NCBI GenBank assembly: GCA_038087875.1
Contig: JAXLNO010000051.1
Span: forward strand, 124,001 to 188,000
Direction of reading: 5' to 3'
Source: Malacoraja senta
Lineage: Eukaryota
DNA: 64,000 nucleotides
In this document: piece by piece, positions 42,883 to 56,795 of the stretch
Layout of the letters: the number at the start of each line of letters is the position of its first letter
Position numbering within the stretch: position 1 is the stretch's first letter
Translations under genes and position numbers: made by a program
Notes under the pieces: generated by a model
What the model was told of the DNA's origin: nothing
The model's database searches: none
The model's input: the letters and a program-made list of their open reading frames with translations, nothing else

Positions 42883-45800
42883 ACTCTCTCGACTCGAACT
42901 CGAACTCTATCTCGATCTCGAACTCTCTCTCCAACTCGAACTCGAACTCGAACTCGAACTCGATCTCGAACTCGATCTCGAACTCGAACTCGCACTATCT
43001 CGAACTCTCTCTCGAACTCGAATTCGATCTCGAACTCGAACACGCACTCTATCTCGAACTCTCTCTCGAACTTTCTCTCGACCTCGCACTCTATCTCGAA
43101 CTCGAATTCGAACTCGAACTCGAACTCTATCTCGAACTCGATCTCGATCTCGAACTCGAATTAGAACTCGAACTGTATCGTGAACTCCAACTATCGCGCC
43201 ATCAAAATCTATCTCGAACTCGAACTCTATCGCGAACTCGATCTCGAACTTGAACTCGAACTCCAGCTCGAACTCGAACTATCTCGAACTCGAACTCCAA
43301 CATCGAACTTGAACTCGAACTCTATCTCGAACTCGAACTCGAACTCTATCACAAACTCTATCTCTAACGAACTCGAACTCGAAATCGAACTCGAACACGG
43401 ATTAGAACTCGAACTCGAACTCGTACCTAATCTCGAACTCGAGTTGGAGTTCGACTTGCTAGCGGAGCACCAAGGCAAATTCCTTGCATGTGAATACTTG
43501 GCCAATAAATGTATTTATTCATTCATTCATTCATTCATTCATTCATTCATTCTTTCATTCATTCATTCATTCATTCATTCATTCATTCATTTATTCATTC
43601 TTTTATTCATTCGTTCATTCATTCATTCATTCATTCAACTCGAACTCGAACTCGAACTATCTCGAACTCGAATTCGAACTCGTATATCTCGAACTCGAAC
43701 TCTATCTCGACCTCGAAATCTACCTCGAACACTCTCTCGAAATCGAACTCGATCTGGAACTCGATCTCGAACTATATATCGAACTCTCTGTCGAACACAA
43801 ACTCTATGTCGAACACCATCTCGACCTCGAACTCTATTTCAAACTCGAGTATGTGAAGGCTTGGCCAATAAATTGATTCATTCATTCATTCGTTCATTCA
43901 TTCATTCAACTCGAAATCGAAAGAACTAGAACTAGAACTCTATCTCGAACTCGAATTCGAACTCTAACTGTATCTCGAACTCTATCTCGAACTATCTCTC
44001 TCGAACCAGAACTCGATCTCGAACTCGATCTCGAACTCGTCCTTGAACTCGAAGTCGAACTATACCTCCAACTTGTACTCTATCGAACTCCAACCGATTA
44101 CAACTCGAACATGGACTCGAACTATATCACGAACTCGCACTCGAACTCGAACTCGAACTGGAACTCGAATTCGATCTCAATGAACTCGAACTCGTACTCT
44201 ATCTCGAACTGGAACTCTATCTCGAACTCGAATTCTTATCTTGAACTCGAACTCTCTCTCGAAATCTCTCTCTCTCGAACTCTACCTCGAACACTATCTC
44301 CAATTATCTCGAACGCGAACTCGATCTTGAACTCGAACTCGAAATCTATCTTGAACTCGAACTCGAACTCTATCTTGAACTCGAACTCTATCTCTGCCTA
44401 AAACTCGAATTCGAACTCTAAATATCTCGACCTCGAACGCTATCTCGAACTCGAAATCTAACTCGAACGCGAACTCCTACTGGAACTCGAAATCTATCTC
44501 GAATTCGATCTCGCACTCGAGTTCGAGTTACGGGCGGAGCACCAAGGCAAATTCCTTGTATGTGAATACATGCCCAATAAACGTATTCATTCATTCATTC
44601 ATTTAACTCGAACGAGCTCGAACGAACTCGAACTATCTCGAACTCGAATTCGAACTGTATATATCTCGACCTCGAAATCTATCTCGAACTCGAAATCTAT
44701 CTCGAACTCGAATTCGAACTGGAACTCGAAATCTATCTCGAACTCGAACTCGAATTCGATCTAGAACTCGAGTTGGAGTTCGAGTTACGGGCGGAGCACC
44801 AAGGCAAATTCCTTGTATGTGAATATTGGCCAATAAACTTATTCATTCATTCATTCATTTAACTCGAGCTCGAGCTCGGACTTGAACTCGAACCCGAACT
44901 ATATCTCGAACTCGAACTATCTCGAACTCGAACTCTATCTCGAACTCGAACTCCAACTGCATCTGCAACTTCAACTAGAACTCGAACTCGACCACGAACT
45001 CTATCTCGAACTCGAACTCGCTCTCGAACTCGCACTCGAACTCGTACTATCTCGGATCGCAAAATCGAGTTGGAGTTCGACTTGCGGGCGGAGCACCAAG
45101 GTAAATTCCGTGTATGTGAATACATGGCCAGTGAACGTATTCATTCATTCATTCATTCAGTCAACTCGAACTCGAGCTCGCTCTCGAACTCAAACGCGAA
45201 CTCTATCTCGAACTCGATCTCGATCTCGAACTCTATCTCGAACTCGATCTCGATCTCGAACTCGAACTCGAATTCGATCTCGAACTCGTTGGATTTCGAC
45301 TTACGGGCGGAGCACCGAGGCAAACACCTAGTATGTGAATACTTGGCCAATAAACTTATTCATTCATTCATTCATTCATTCATTTAACTCGAACTCGAGC
45401 TCGAACTTGAACTTGAACTCGAACTCGTACTCCATCTCGAACTCTATCACGAAGTCGGGTTGGAGTTCCTTGCTGGCGTACCTCCAAGGCAAATTCCTTG
45501 TATGTGAATACTTGGCCAAAAAATTAATTAATTCATATATTCATTCATTCATTCATTCAACATTTATTCATTCATTCAACTCGAACTCGAGCTGGAATTC
45601 GTACTCTAGCTCGAACTCAATCTCGAACTCTATCTCGAACCCTATCTCGAACTATCTCGAAGGCGAACTCGATCACAAACTATCTTGAACGCGAACTCGA
45701 TCACAAACTCGTTCTCGAACTAGAACTTTATCTTGAACTCGAAATCTATCGTGAACTCGAACTATCTCCAGCTAAAACTCGAATCCGAACTCGAACTATC

Positions 45801-48800
45801 TCGACCTCGAACTTTATCTCGAACTCGAAATCTATCTCGAACTCGAACTCGAATTCGATCTCGAACCCGAGTTGGATTTCGACTTACGGGCGGAGCACCA
45901 AGGCAAACACCTAGTATGTGAATACTTTGCCAATAAACTTATTCATTCATTCATTCATTTAACTCGCTCGAGCTCAAACTTGAACTCGAACTCCAACTCT
46001 ATCACGAACTCTATCTCGAACTCGAACTCTATCTCCATCTCCATCTCGAACTCGATCTCAAACTCGAGCTCGAGTTCGACTTGCGGGCGGAGCTCCAAGG
46101 CAATTCCTTGTATGTGAATACATGTCCGATAAGCATTAATTCATTCCTTCTTCATTCATTCAGTCAACTCGAACTCGAACTCGAACTCGAACTCGAACTC
46201 TTATCTCGAACTATATCTCGAACTGTCTCTCGAACTCGAACTCCAACTCGAACTATCCCGAACTATCTCGAACGCGAACTCGATCTCGAACTCGAACTCG
46301 AACTCTATCTTGAACTCGAACTCTATCTCCAGCTAAAACTCGAATTCGAACTAAATATCTCGGCATCGAACTCTATCTGGAACTCGAAGTCTATCTCGAA
46401 CCCGAACTAGAAATCGATCTCGAACTCGAGTTGGAGTTCGAGCTCCCGGCGGAGCACCAAGGCAAATTCCTTGTATGTGAATACTTGGCCAATAAACGTA
46501 TTCATTCATTCATACATTCATTTAACTCGAACTCGTGCTCGAACTTGAACTCGAACTCGATCACGAACTCTATCTCGAACTCGAACTGCAACTCGAACTC
46601 GAACTCCAACTTGAACTCGAACTCTATCTCGAACTCTCTCTCTAACTAAAACTCGAACTCGTACTCTATCTCGAACTCGAACTATCTCGAACTCGAATTC
46701 GAAATATCTCGAAATCTCTCTCGAACTTGAACTCTATCTCGACCTCTATCTCGAACTATCTCAAACGCGAACTCGATCTCAAACTAGATCTCGTTCTCGA
46801 ACTCGAACTTTAACTTGAATTCGAAATCTATCTCGAACTCGAACTCGAAATCTATCTCGAACTCGAACTCGAATTCGATCTCGAACTCGTTGGATTTCGA
46901 CTTACGGGCGGAGCACCAAGGCAAATTCCTTGTTTGTGAATACTTGGCCAATAAACTAATTCATTCATTCATTCATTCATTCCTTCAACTCGAACTCTCT
47001 CTCGAACTAAAACTCGAACTCGTACTCTTACTCGAACTCGAACTCTTATCTCGAACGAACTCTATCTCGAACTCTATCTCGAACTATCTCGAACTCGAAC
47101 TCTATCTCGAACTCGAACCATCTCGAACGCGAACTCTATCACGAACTCGAAATTTATCTCGAAATCTATCTCTCTCTCTCCCTCGATCTCGAACTCGATC
47201 TCGATCTCTATTTCGATCTCGAACCCTATCTCGAACTCGAACTATCTCGAACTCGAGTTCGGGTTCGAATTTCGGGCGGAACACCAAGGCAACAATCTTG
47301 GCCAATAAACTTGGTGAATACTTAGTCAATAAATGTATACATTCTTTCATTCATTCAACTCGAACTCGAGCTCGAACGAACTCGAACTAGAATTCTATCT
47401 CGAACTCTAACTCGAATTCGAACTCGAACTATCTCTCTCTCTCTCTCTCTAACTAAAACTCGAACTCGAACTCGTAGTCTATCTCGAACTCGAACTCTTA
47501 TCTCGAACACGAACTCGAGCTATCTCGAACGCTCTCTGGAACTCGAACTATCTCGAACTATCTCGAATACGAACTCTATCTCGAACTCGATCTCCATCTC
47601 GAACTCGAACTTGAACTCGAACTCTATCTTGAACTCGAACTCTATCTCTAGCTCGAACTCTTTCTCGCTCGAACTCGAACTCAATCTCGAACTCGAAATC
47701 TATCTCGAAATATATCTCGAACGCTCTCTCGAACTCTCTCGAACTCTATCTCGAACTCTCTCTCTAACTAAATCTCGAACTCTAACGTATTCTATCTCGA
47801 ACTCGAACTATCTCGAACTCGAACACTTATCTCGAACTCGAAATATCTCGAACTCTCTCTCGAACTTGAACTCTATCTCGAACTCTCTCTCGAACTATCT
47901 CGAACGCGAACTCGATTTCAAACTCGATCTCGATCTCGAACTCGAACTTTAGTTTGAACTCGAACTCGAAATCTATCTTGAACTCGTACTATTACTAGCT
48001 AAAACTCGAATTCGAACTCGAACTATCTCGAACTATCTCGAACGCCAACTCGAACTCGAACTCGAACTATCTTGAACTCGAACTCGAACTATCTTGTATT
48101 CGAACTCTATATGGAACTCTCTCTCTAACGAACTCGATCTCGATCTCTATCTCGATCTCGAACTCTATCTCGAACTCAATCTCGAACTCGAACGCTATCT
48201 CGAACTGGAAATTTATCTCGAAATCTATATCGAACTCTTTCTCGAACTCGATCTCGATCTCTATCTCAATCTCGAACCCTATCTCGAACTCGAACTATCG
48301 CGAACTCGAGTTCCGGTTCGACTTTCGGGCGGAGAACCAAGGCATAAATCTTGCCCAATAAACGGTGAATACTTAGTCAATAAACTTATACATCCTTTCA
48401 TTCATTCAACTCGAACTCGAGCCCGAACGAACTCGAACTCGAATTCTATCTCGAACTAGAACTCTTATTCTATCTCGAACTCGAACTCGAATTCGAACTC
48501 GAACTCTATCTCGATCTCTCTCTCTCTAACCAAAACTCGAACTCGTACTCTATCTCTAACTCGAACTCTTAGCTCGAACTATCTCGAACTCTCTCTCGAA
48601 CTCGAACTCTATCTCGATCTATCTCGAACGCGAACTCGATCTAAAACTCGATCTCAAACTGGAACTCTATCTTAAACTCGAACTCTATCTCTAGCTAAAA
48701 CTCGAATTCAAACTCGAACTATATCGACCTCGAACTCTATGTCGAACTCGAAATCTATGTCGAACTCGAACTCGAATTCGATCTCGAACTCGAGTTGGAT

Positions 48801-49875
48801 TTCGACTTACGGGCGGAGCACCAAGGCAAATTCCTTGTATGTGAATACTTGGCCAATAAACTTATTCATTCATTCATTCATTCATTTATTCAACTCGAAC
48901 TCGAACTCGAACTCAAACGAATTTGAACTTGAACTCCAACTCGAACATGAACTCGAACCAACTCCAACTCGAACATGAACTCGAACTCTAACTCTAATTC
49001 TATCACGAACTGTATCTCGAACTCGAACTCTATCTCTATCGACTTGCGGGCGGAGCACCAAGACAAACTCCTTGTATGTGAATACATCGCCAATAAACTT
49101 ATGCATTCATTCATTCGTGCATTCATTTACTGTATCTCGAACTCGAAATCACTCTCGAACTCGAACTCGATCTCGAACTCTATCTTGAACTCGTACTCGA
49201 ACTCGAACTCGAATTGTATCTCGTACTCGAACTCTATCTCGAACTCGAACTCGAACGCGAACTCCAACTCCAAATCGAACGAACGAAATCTATCTCGAAT
49301 TTTATCACGAACTCTATATCTATCGCGAACTCGAATATCGAACTCGAACTCTATCTCGAACTCGAACTATCTAGAACTCGAACGAGAAACTGGAACTCAT
49401 ATTCTATCTCGAATTCGAGTTGGAGTTCGAGTTACGGGCGGAGCACCAAGGCAAATTCGTTGTATGCGAATACTTGGCCAGTAAACTTATTCATTCATTC
49501 ATTCATTCATTCATTCATTGAACTCTAACTCGAGCTCGAACTTGAATGCGAACCCGAACACTGTCTCGAACTCGAACTCTATCACAAACTTTATCTCGAA
49601 CTCGAAATCTATCTGGAATTCGAAGTCTATCTCGAACTCTCTCTAGAACTCGAACTCTATCTCGAACTCGATCTCGAACTCGAATTCGAATTCGATCTCT
49701 AACGCTATTCATTCATTCATTCGTTAATTAATTAATTAATTCATTCATTCATTCATTCATTTAACTCGAACGAGCTCGAACTTGAACTCTAACTCGAACT
49801 ATCTCGAACTCGAATTATATCTCGACCCTCAAATCTATCTCGAACTCGAACTCCAACTCCAACTCCAACTCCAAA

Positions 49876-50654
49876 AGTGAGGTTATCCACTTTGGTAGCA
49901 AAAACAGGAAGGCAGATTGCTATCTAAATGGCGTCAAGTGGGGAAAAGAGGAAGTACAACGGGATCTGGGGGTCCTTGTACACCAGTCTATGAAAGTAAA
50001 CAAGCAGGTACAGCAGGCAGTGAAGAAAGCGAATGGCATGTTGGCCTTTATAACAAGAGGAATCGAATATAGGAGCAAAGAGGTCCTTCTGCAGTTGTAC
50101 AGATCCCTAGTGAGACCACATCTGGAATGTTGTGTGCAGTTTTGGTCCCCTAATTTGAGGAAGGACATTCTTGTTATTGAGGGAGTGCAGCGTAGGTTTA
50201 CAAGGTTAATTCCCAGGATGGAGCAGCTGGGCTTGGACACTTTGGAGTTTAGAAGGATGAGAGGGTATCTCATTGAGACATATAAGATTGTTAAGGGCTT
50301 GGACACACTAGAGGCAGGACACGTGTTCCCGGTGTTGGGGGAGTCCTGAACCAGGGACCACAGTTTAAGAATAAGGAGTAAGCCATTTAGGACGGAGACG
50401 AGAAAACGCTTTTTCTCACAGAGAGTGGCGAGTCTGTGGAATTCTCTGCCTCAGAGGGCGGTGGAGGCAGGTTCTCTGGATGCTTTCAAGAGAGAGCTAG
50501 ATAGGGATCTTAAAAATAGCGGAGTCAGGGGATTTTGGAAGAAGGCAGGGACGGGGTACTGATTGGGGATAATCAGCCATGATCACATCGAATGGCGGTG
50601 CTGGCTCGAAGGGCCAAATGGCCTACACCTGCACCTATTGTCTATTGTCTATTG
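49876..50654 (+). mobile_element. CR1 3' fragment, paralog of 3322-4048
   Basis: ORF 49990-50349; same (CTATTGT)n tail and same downstream satellite flank. Confidence 0.9.
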
Positions 50655-51381
50655 AACTCGAACTCTAACTCGAACTCTATCACGAATATCTCGAACTCGA
50701 ACTCAAATTGCGGGCGGAGCATCAAGGCAAATTCCTTGTATGTGAATACATGGTCAATAAACTTATTCATTCATTTATTCATGCATTCAGTAAACTCGCT
50801 CGAACTCTCTCTCGAACTCAAACTCGAACTCTATCTTGAACTCGATCTCGAACTCGAATTCGAACTTGAAATCGAACTCTATCTTGAACTCGAACTCTAT
50901 CGCGAACTCAAACTCTCTCTCGAACTCGAAATCTATCTCTAAATCTATCTCGAACTCTCTCTCGAACTCTCTCTCGAACCCTATCTCTCTCTCTCTCTAA
51001 CTAAAACTCGAACTCGAACTCGTACTCTATCTCGAACTCGAAATCTTATCTCGAACTCGAAATATCTCGAACTCTCTCTCGAACTTGAACTCTATCTCGA
51101 ACTATCTCGAACGCGAACTCGATATCAAACTCGATCTCGATCTCGAACTTTATCTTGAACTCGAACTATCTTGAACTCGAACTCTATCTCCAGCTAAAAC
51201 TCGAATTCGAATTCGAACTATCTCGACCTCGAACTTTATCTCGAACTCGAAATCTATCTCGAACTCGAATTCGAATTCGAATTCGATGTTGAACTCGAGT
51301 TGGATTTCGACTTACGGGCGGAGCATCAAGGCAAACTCCTTGTACGTGAAAACTTGGCCAATAAACTAATTCATTCATTCA
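50655..51381 (+). repeat. Complex satellite block (paralog of 4049-4790)
   Basis: Cores at ~50711 and ~51315 share diagnostic variants with ~4171 and ~4731 (gagcatcaagg, tacatggtcaat, aactccttgtac). Confidence 0.9.
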
Positions 51382-51698
51382 TTTTTTCAATATTTTAATT
51401 TTATTAGAAGTAAGTACAATTGTATACAATCATATTTTCATAATACATGTTATGTACAGCTTCTTATTTTTTTATTATAGTAAAGAAGAAAAAGAAAAAG
51501 AAATTAGATAATAAAGTATAGAAAAACGTGAGATATATAGTGTGTGGAGAAGAAGAATAGAGAATGAAAGAAGAAAGTTAAAGAGTAGAAAATAGGAAAA
51601 AGAGAGTAAAAGAAAAAAGGAAGAAAAAGAAAAAAGAAGTAAGGAGATCTTATTTATAATCTTGACCATCCCTCGCCCAGTCACGAGACAGTTAGTTT

Positions 51699-54600
51699 TT
51701 ACAATTGTGTTGCACCATATGATTCCAAAAAGACGTCAAATGGAGACCAACTCGTTATGAATTGGTCAGATTTATCTATTAGGAGGAATTGCATTTCCTC
51801 AAGATGTGCGGTGTCCAACATACTTGCAATCCACATTTTGAGCGTTGGTATTCCTGTATTTTTCCAAAATTTAAGTATTATTTTTTTTGCTATTATTAAA
51901 CCATAATTAAAAAATAAATTTTGAGATGAATTCAATTTATTCCCATCTTTCATTACCCCAAATATAATCAATTCATTATTAGGATCCATTTTTATCTTAA
52001 ATAATTTTGTAAATATCTCGAAAATATCACTCCAGAATCTATAAGGTTTTATGCAGGAAACAAAAGAGTGTGTTATAGTTGCGTTTTGGGTTAAACACTT
52101 ATCGCAAATGGGGGATATATTTGGATAGAATTTATTTAATCTTCTTTTTGAATAATATAGTCTATGTAAAATTTTAAATTGAATTAGATGATGTCTTCCA
52201 TTAATCGAACATTTGTGAATGTATATCAAATACTTTTCCTATGTAACCTTCGTAATTTTTATCATTAATTCCCGTTCCCACTCTTCCCTAAGTACCTCTG
52301 TCGATGGTAGGTCTATACTTAAAATACTATTATATAAATATGATATTAATTTTTGTGCGTCAGCTTTAATATTCATTGCTTCTTCCAATAAATCAGGAGT
52401 TATTTTTTGATATCCTTGTATGTATTTCTTCGTGAAATGGCAAATCTGATTGTAATTGTTGAAATGATAATACATTTCCCATTTCATACATATCCCCGAT
52501 CCTTTTAATTCCTAAACTTTCCCATTGATTATATTTGTCAATAACAGATGGTTTAAATAAAGGATTATTCGCTATTGGTATTAACAATGATAAATTTCTT
52601 AATTTTAAGGATAATTTTATTTGTTTCCATATTCTTATTGTATCATGTATAATTGGGTTCTTCTTATATATTGTATTGTTCAGTTTTTTCGGGGAGAAGA
52701 GGATCGTTCCTATATTACAAGGAAAACAATCCTCTTTCTCCATTTTTATCCATTCTGTCTGTTGGTAGAACTGTCCAACCAGTAAATTATATTCTTAATA
52801 TGCACTGCCGAATAATAATACAGAAAATTCTGGAGTGAAAGTCCCCCGACATCTTTTGGTTTAAATAAGTTTTTTTTTAAATTCTATGTGATTTATAATC
52901 CCAAATAAAATTAGTAATAATAAAGTCTAATTTTGTTTAAAGTATTTTGGTATATATACTGGTATAGACTGAAATAGGTATAATAGTTGTGGTAGAAAGA
53001 TCATTTGTATAGCATTTATTCTACCTATTAATGAGAAAGGAAGTGTTTTCCAAAATTTAATCAGTTTATTTAATAAAGGTATAACATTTGTTTAATAAAG
53101 GTATAAAATTAGCATTGAATAATGCTTTATATTTTCCAGTAATCTGATTACCCAAATATTTAATTTTTTCTGTTGCTGTTTTAAAGGGGAACTTCAGTAA
53201 GTGTGGATTCTTGAGGTTTTAACGTCATGATTTCACTTTTATTCCAATTTATTCTATATCCAGAAAAGGAGCCAAATTCCTCTATTAAGTTTAATAAATT
53301 TGGTATGCTCGTTTGTGATTTTGTAATATATAAAAGAATATCGTCTGCATATAATGAAATGTTATTATTTGAGTCCCTAGTATTATAACCCTGAATATTC
53401 GGATGACTTCTTATACTTTCAGCCAAAGGCTCTATCATAAGGGCAAATAGCAGGGGTGATAATGCCTATTACCCCTTGATAATTGACATTTTTGAGATAA
53501 CATATTATTAGTTAATATTCTTGCCATCGGTTTATCATATAATAATTTTACCCATGTAATAAAATTCTCTCCCATATTAATTTTTTGCAATACTTTGTAT
53601 AAATACTGAAATTCTACCTGATCAAATGCTTTCTCTGCATCCAAAGAAATAATTGATATATCTTCTTCCTCCACTTTATCTGAGTACATTATATTAAACA
53701 GGCGTCGCAAATTATTAAATGAATATATTTTGGGTATAAACCCCGTTTGATCAGGGTTTATCAATGTACTAATATATTTGCTTAGTCTTCTTACTAAAGT
53801 CTTTGCTAGAATTTTCTGGTCTGTATTTAAAAGTGATATAGCGCTATATGAGCCCGGATCCTCTAAATCGTTATCTTTTTTTGGAATAAGCGTAATAGTT
53901 GATTCTGCTAATCTTTCAGGTAGTTTATTATCTTTAAAAGCGTGAGTATATAAATTAAATAAATTACGAGTCGTTATGTCATGATTTTTAAAATAAAATT
54001 CATTACTAAAACCGTCTGGTCCCGGTGTCTTACCATTTGTCAACGATTTTATTGTTTCACCTATTTCTTCGATTGTAATTTAAGCTCCAAGTTCCTCTTG
54101 TTCCAAAAGGTCAAGTTTTGGAAGATTACAATTATCTAAGAAATTCTTGATTTTACTATCTTCTATTTTAGTTTTTGATGTATATAAATGTTGATAAAAT
54201 TGAGCAAACCTTTTATTAATATCTTTAGGTAGTATTAGTAATTCACCTTTCTCTGATTTAATTTTATTTATAGTATTTTATTTTTCTTGTTTTTCAGTTG
54301 ACGAGCTAAAAGCTTATGTGGTTTGTCACCAAACTCAAAATGTTCCTGTTTTGTAATTTGGAATAATCTTATTACTCTTGCCGATAGAATTCGATTAAGT
54401 TTAAATTTCAGTAATATTATCTTATTATGTTTATCTATAGTGGAGTATTTAGCATTATCTAACTCTAACTGTCTATTTTCTTGTTCTAGCAACATTTGTT
54501 CTGTCTTATTCTTTTTATTTTGAAAAAATTCGTATGACATTATAATTCCTCTAATAAATGCCTTAAAAGTTTCCCATAATAAAGAAGGCGAGGTACCTGG

Positions 54601-55458
54601 CATATCATTTGTATCCAAAATAAGTTTCATTTGTTGTTTTAAATATTGAGAACCTTGTATGTCATTTAAAATATGTGTATTAAACCTCCCAAACTTTGTT
54701 TTACCCAGCATTCCCTCGAATTTTACTGAAAATGTCAGTGGAGAGTGATCAGAAATACTACTAATGTGGTACGTTGGATTAATTGTATATGGCATTAATT
54801 TCATATCCACTAAAAAATAATCAATTCTTGAATAAGTTTTATGTACCGAAGAGTAAAACGAGTATTCCCTTCCAGCTGGATTAGCAGATCTCCATACATC
54901 TATTAAATTAATATTTTTAATATATGTATTTAAAAGTTCACTAGTCTTAGATTTTAAATTACTCCTCTTTTGTTTTACTGATTTGTCTAGATACGGATCT
55001 AAAACATAATTGAAGTCCCCTCCTTTTATCACATTCTGATAATTAAACTCTGATATATCTATAATTTTATCAAAAAATTTGGGGTTGTCAAAGTACGGAG
55101 CGTAAATATTTATCATAGTTAGTGGGGTTGCATAAATTTCTCCCGAAACTATAATATGCCTTCCCTCTTTATCTGATATAGTATTCTTTAATTTAAAAGG
55201 TATACCTTTTCGGATAAGAATAGCCGTACCTCTAGATTTAGAAGTAAATGACGAATAATATGTTTGACCTATCCACTTCGCCTTTAATCTCATTTGTGTT
55301 TGTTGTTTCATGTGAGTTTCCTGTAAAAACATTATGTCGCTGTTCATAGATTTTAGTTGAGCAAAAATTTTACCCCTCTTAATTGGTTCATTCGCACCCC
55401 TTATATTCCAACTACAGAATGTAATTCCTCCATTCTTTATTTGTCTATCGTCTTGCAT
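51699..55458 (-). pseudogene. L1 ORF2 (APE endonuclease + RT + CCHC), multiple frameshifts
   Basis: ORFs 54268-55458 (SWNIRG, LQETH, GGDFN, YSRIDYF, SDHSP), 53435-54043, 53181-53438 (YADD), 52393-52743 and 51699-52229. Confidence 0.92.
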
Positions 55459-56116
55459 TATATATCAAAATAGTATTCCTGAATCATATGGTGCAACCAA
55501 ATACCTCAGAGTTCTGGGTGTTGGGTGGTCATGCCAAATGTTTAGATTTATATAGCATCTGATTCTTGTGTAGTGCCTTTGGAAAAGAAAAGAAAGATGT
55601 GATATAAAATTGATTACAAAAAAAGTGAGCGAATAAAAGTCTTTATAGTGAAAAAAAAGTGCTCTTAAGATATCTAAGAAAAGATCTTAAAGACGAATGG
55701 CCACCTAAGGTGGCGAAAAATGTATAGACTTCCGTTGATGTTGTTATACATTGAGCTCCAACTCCTTAATAGATCCTCATAAAAAGCTACAGACCGTTAC
55801 ATATTTTATCTTTGCTTATATAAATTTAACAAACCAGCCCCAATAAAAACCGAAAAAAATTAACAAAAAAAATCAAAGGGAGACATAAAAAAAGAAAAGA
55901 AAAAAGAATATAAAACACAACCTGAGTTCAATTTTATAAGTATATATGCCCTTCCAATTTATCTAACCTTAATATAGTCTAAGCTTTACCATGTACATCC
56001 ACCCAGAATTCTTACACATATAAACAGGTACCAAGGGGTTAAACAAAACCTCACTACAGGATCTATTCCAGTTATATGCTGCAACTAACTCCTACCCACA
56101 CAACAACAAAAAATGT

Positions 56117-56410
56117 ATAACCATATAACCATATAACCATAACAGCACGGAAACAGGCCATCTCGGCCCTTCAAGTCCGTGCCGAACATTTAAATTTTTT
56201 TTTTTTTTTTTTAAATTAAAAATAAAATACTTCCCCCTAATCCCATCTACCTGCACTCAGACCATAACCCTCCATTCCTTTCCCGTCCATATACCCATCC
56301 AATCTATTTTTAAAGGATAACATCGAACCTGCCTCCACCACTTCCACTGGAAGCTCATTCCACACAGCTACCACTCTCTGAGTAAAGAAGTTCCCCCTAA
56401 TGTTCCCCCT
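56117..56410 (-). mobile_element. CR1-type 3' end fragment with (GGTTATAT)n tail inside the L1 inter-ORF spacer
   Basis: ataaccatataaccatataaccataacagcacggaaacaggcc...cattccacacagctaccactctctgagtaaagaagttcccc is a typical CR1 3' segment. Confidence 0.7.
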
Positions 56411-56795
56411 GTGGTGTTATAGACGTTTTAGTGACTTAAATCATAATTATATACACTCCCATTATCTCCTTCCCCGTCTCATGATTTATTCATATTTACT
56501 ACATACATTCACAAATTATTAGTATTGTTAAATTTGTTAAAGTCGTTAATTATTTATAATTGGGGTATAATAATTAAAAATCTTCTTAACTCAGCAGATT
56601 TTATATCCCATGTTGTTCCATGTCCATTTTACATTCCCTCATTAATTCTGTGTCTTCAACGTCTTTTGTTTATCTTTAAGCTTTTCATTCAAGGTGAAAT
56701 ATAGACAGTACTCTCCCAAACACATTCCAGACAGATAAGCTTGCTAACTGTCAGGAAAATTCCGCCATATTAACCAGTCCTAAAAGTTAAACAGA

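Noticed and set aside
43500..43640. Long (TTCA)n run as a separate satellite
   Set aside because: It is an expanded tail of a single core monomer.
40260..51381. CRISPR array (conserved repeat with variable spacers)
   Set aside because: Eukaryotic context with no cas genes. Spacers are 0.2-1.1 kb, low-complexity and homologous to each other.
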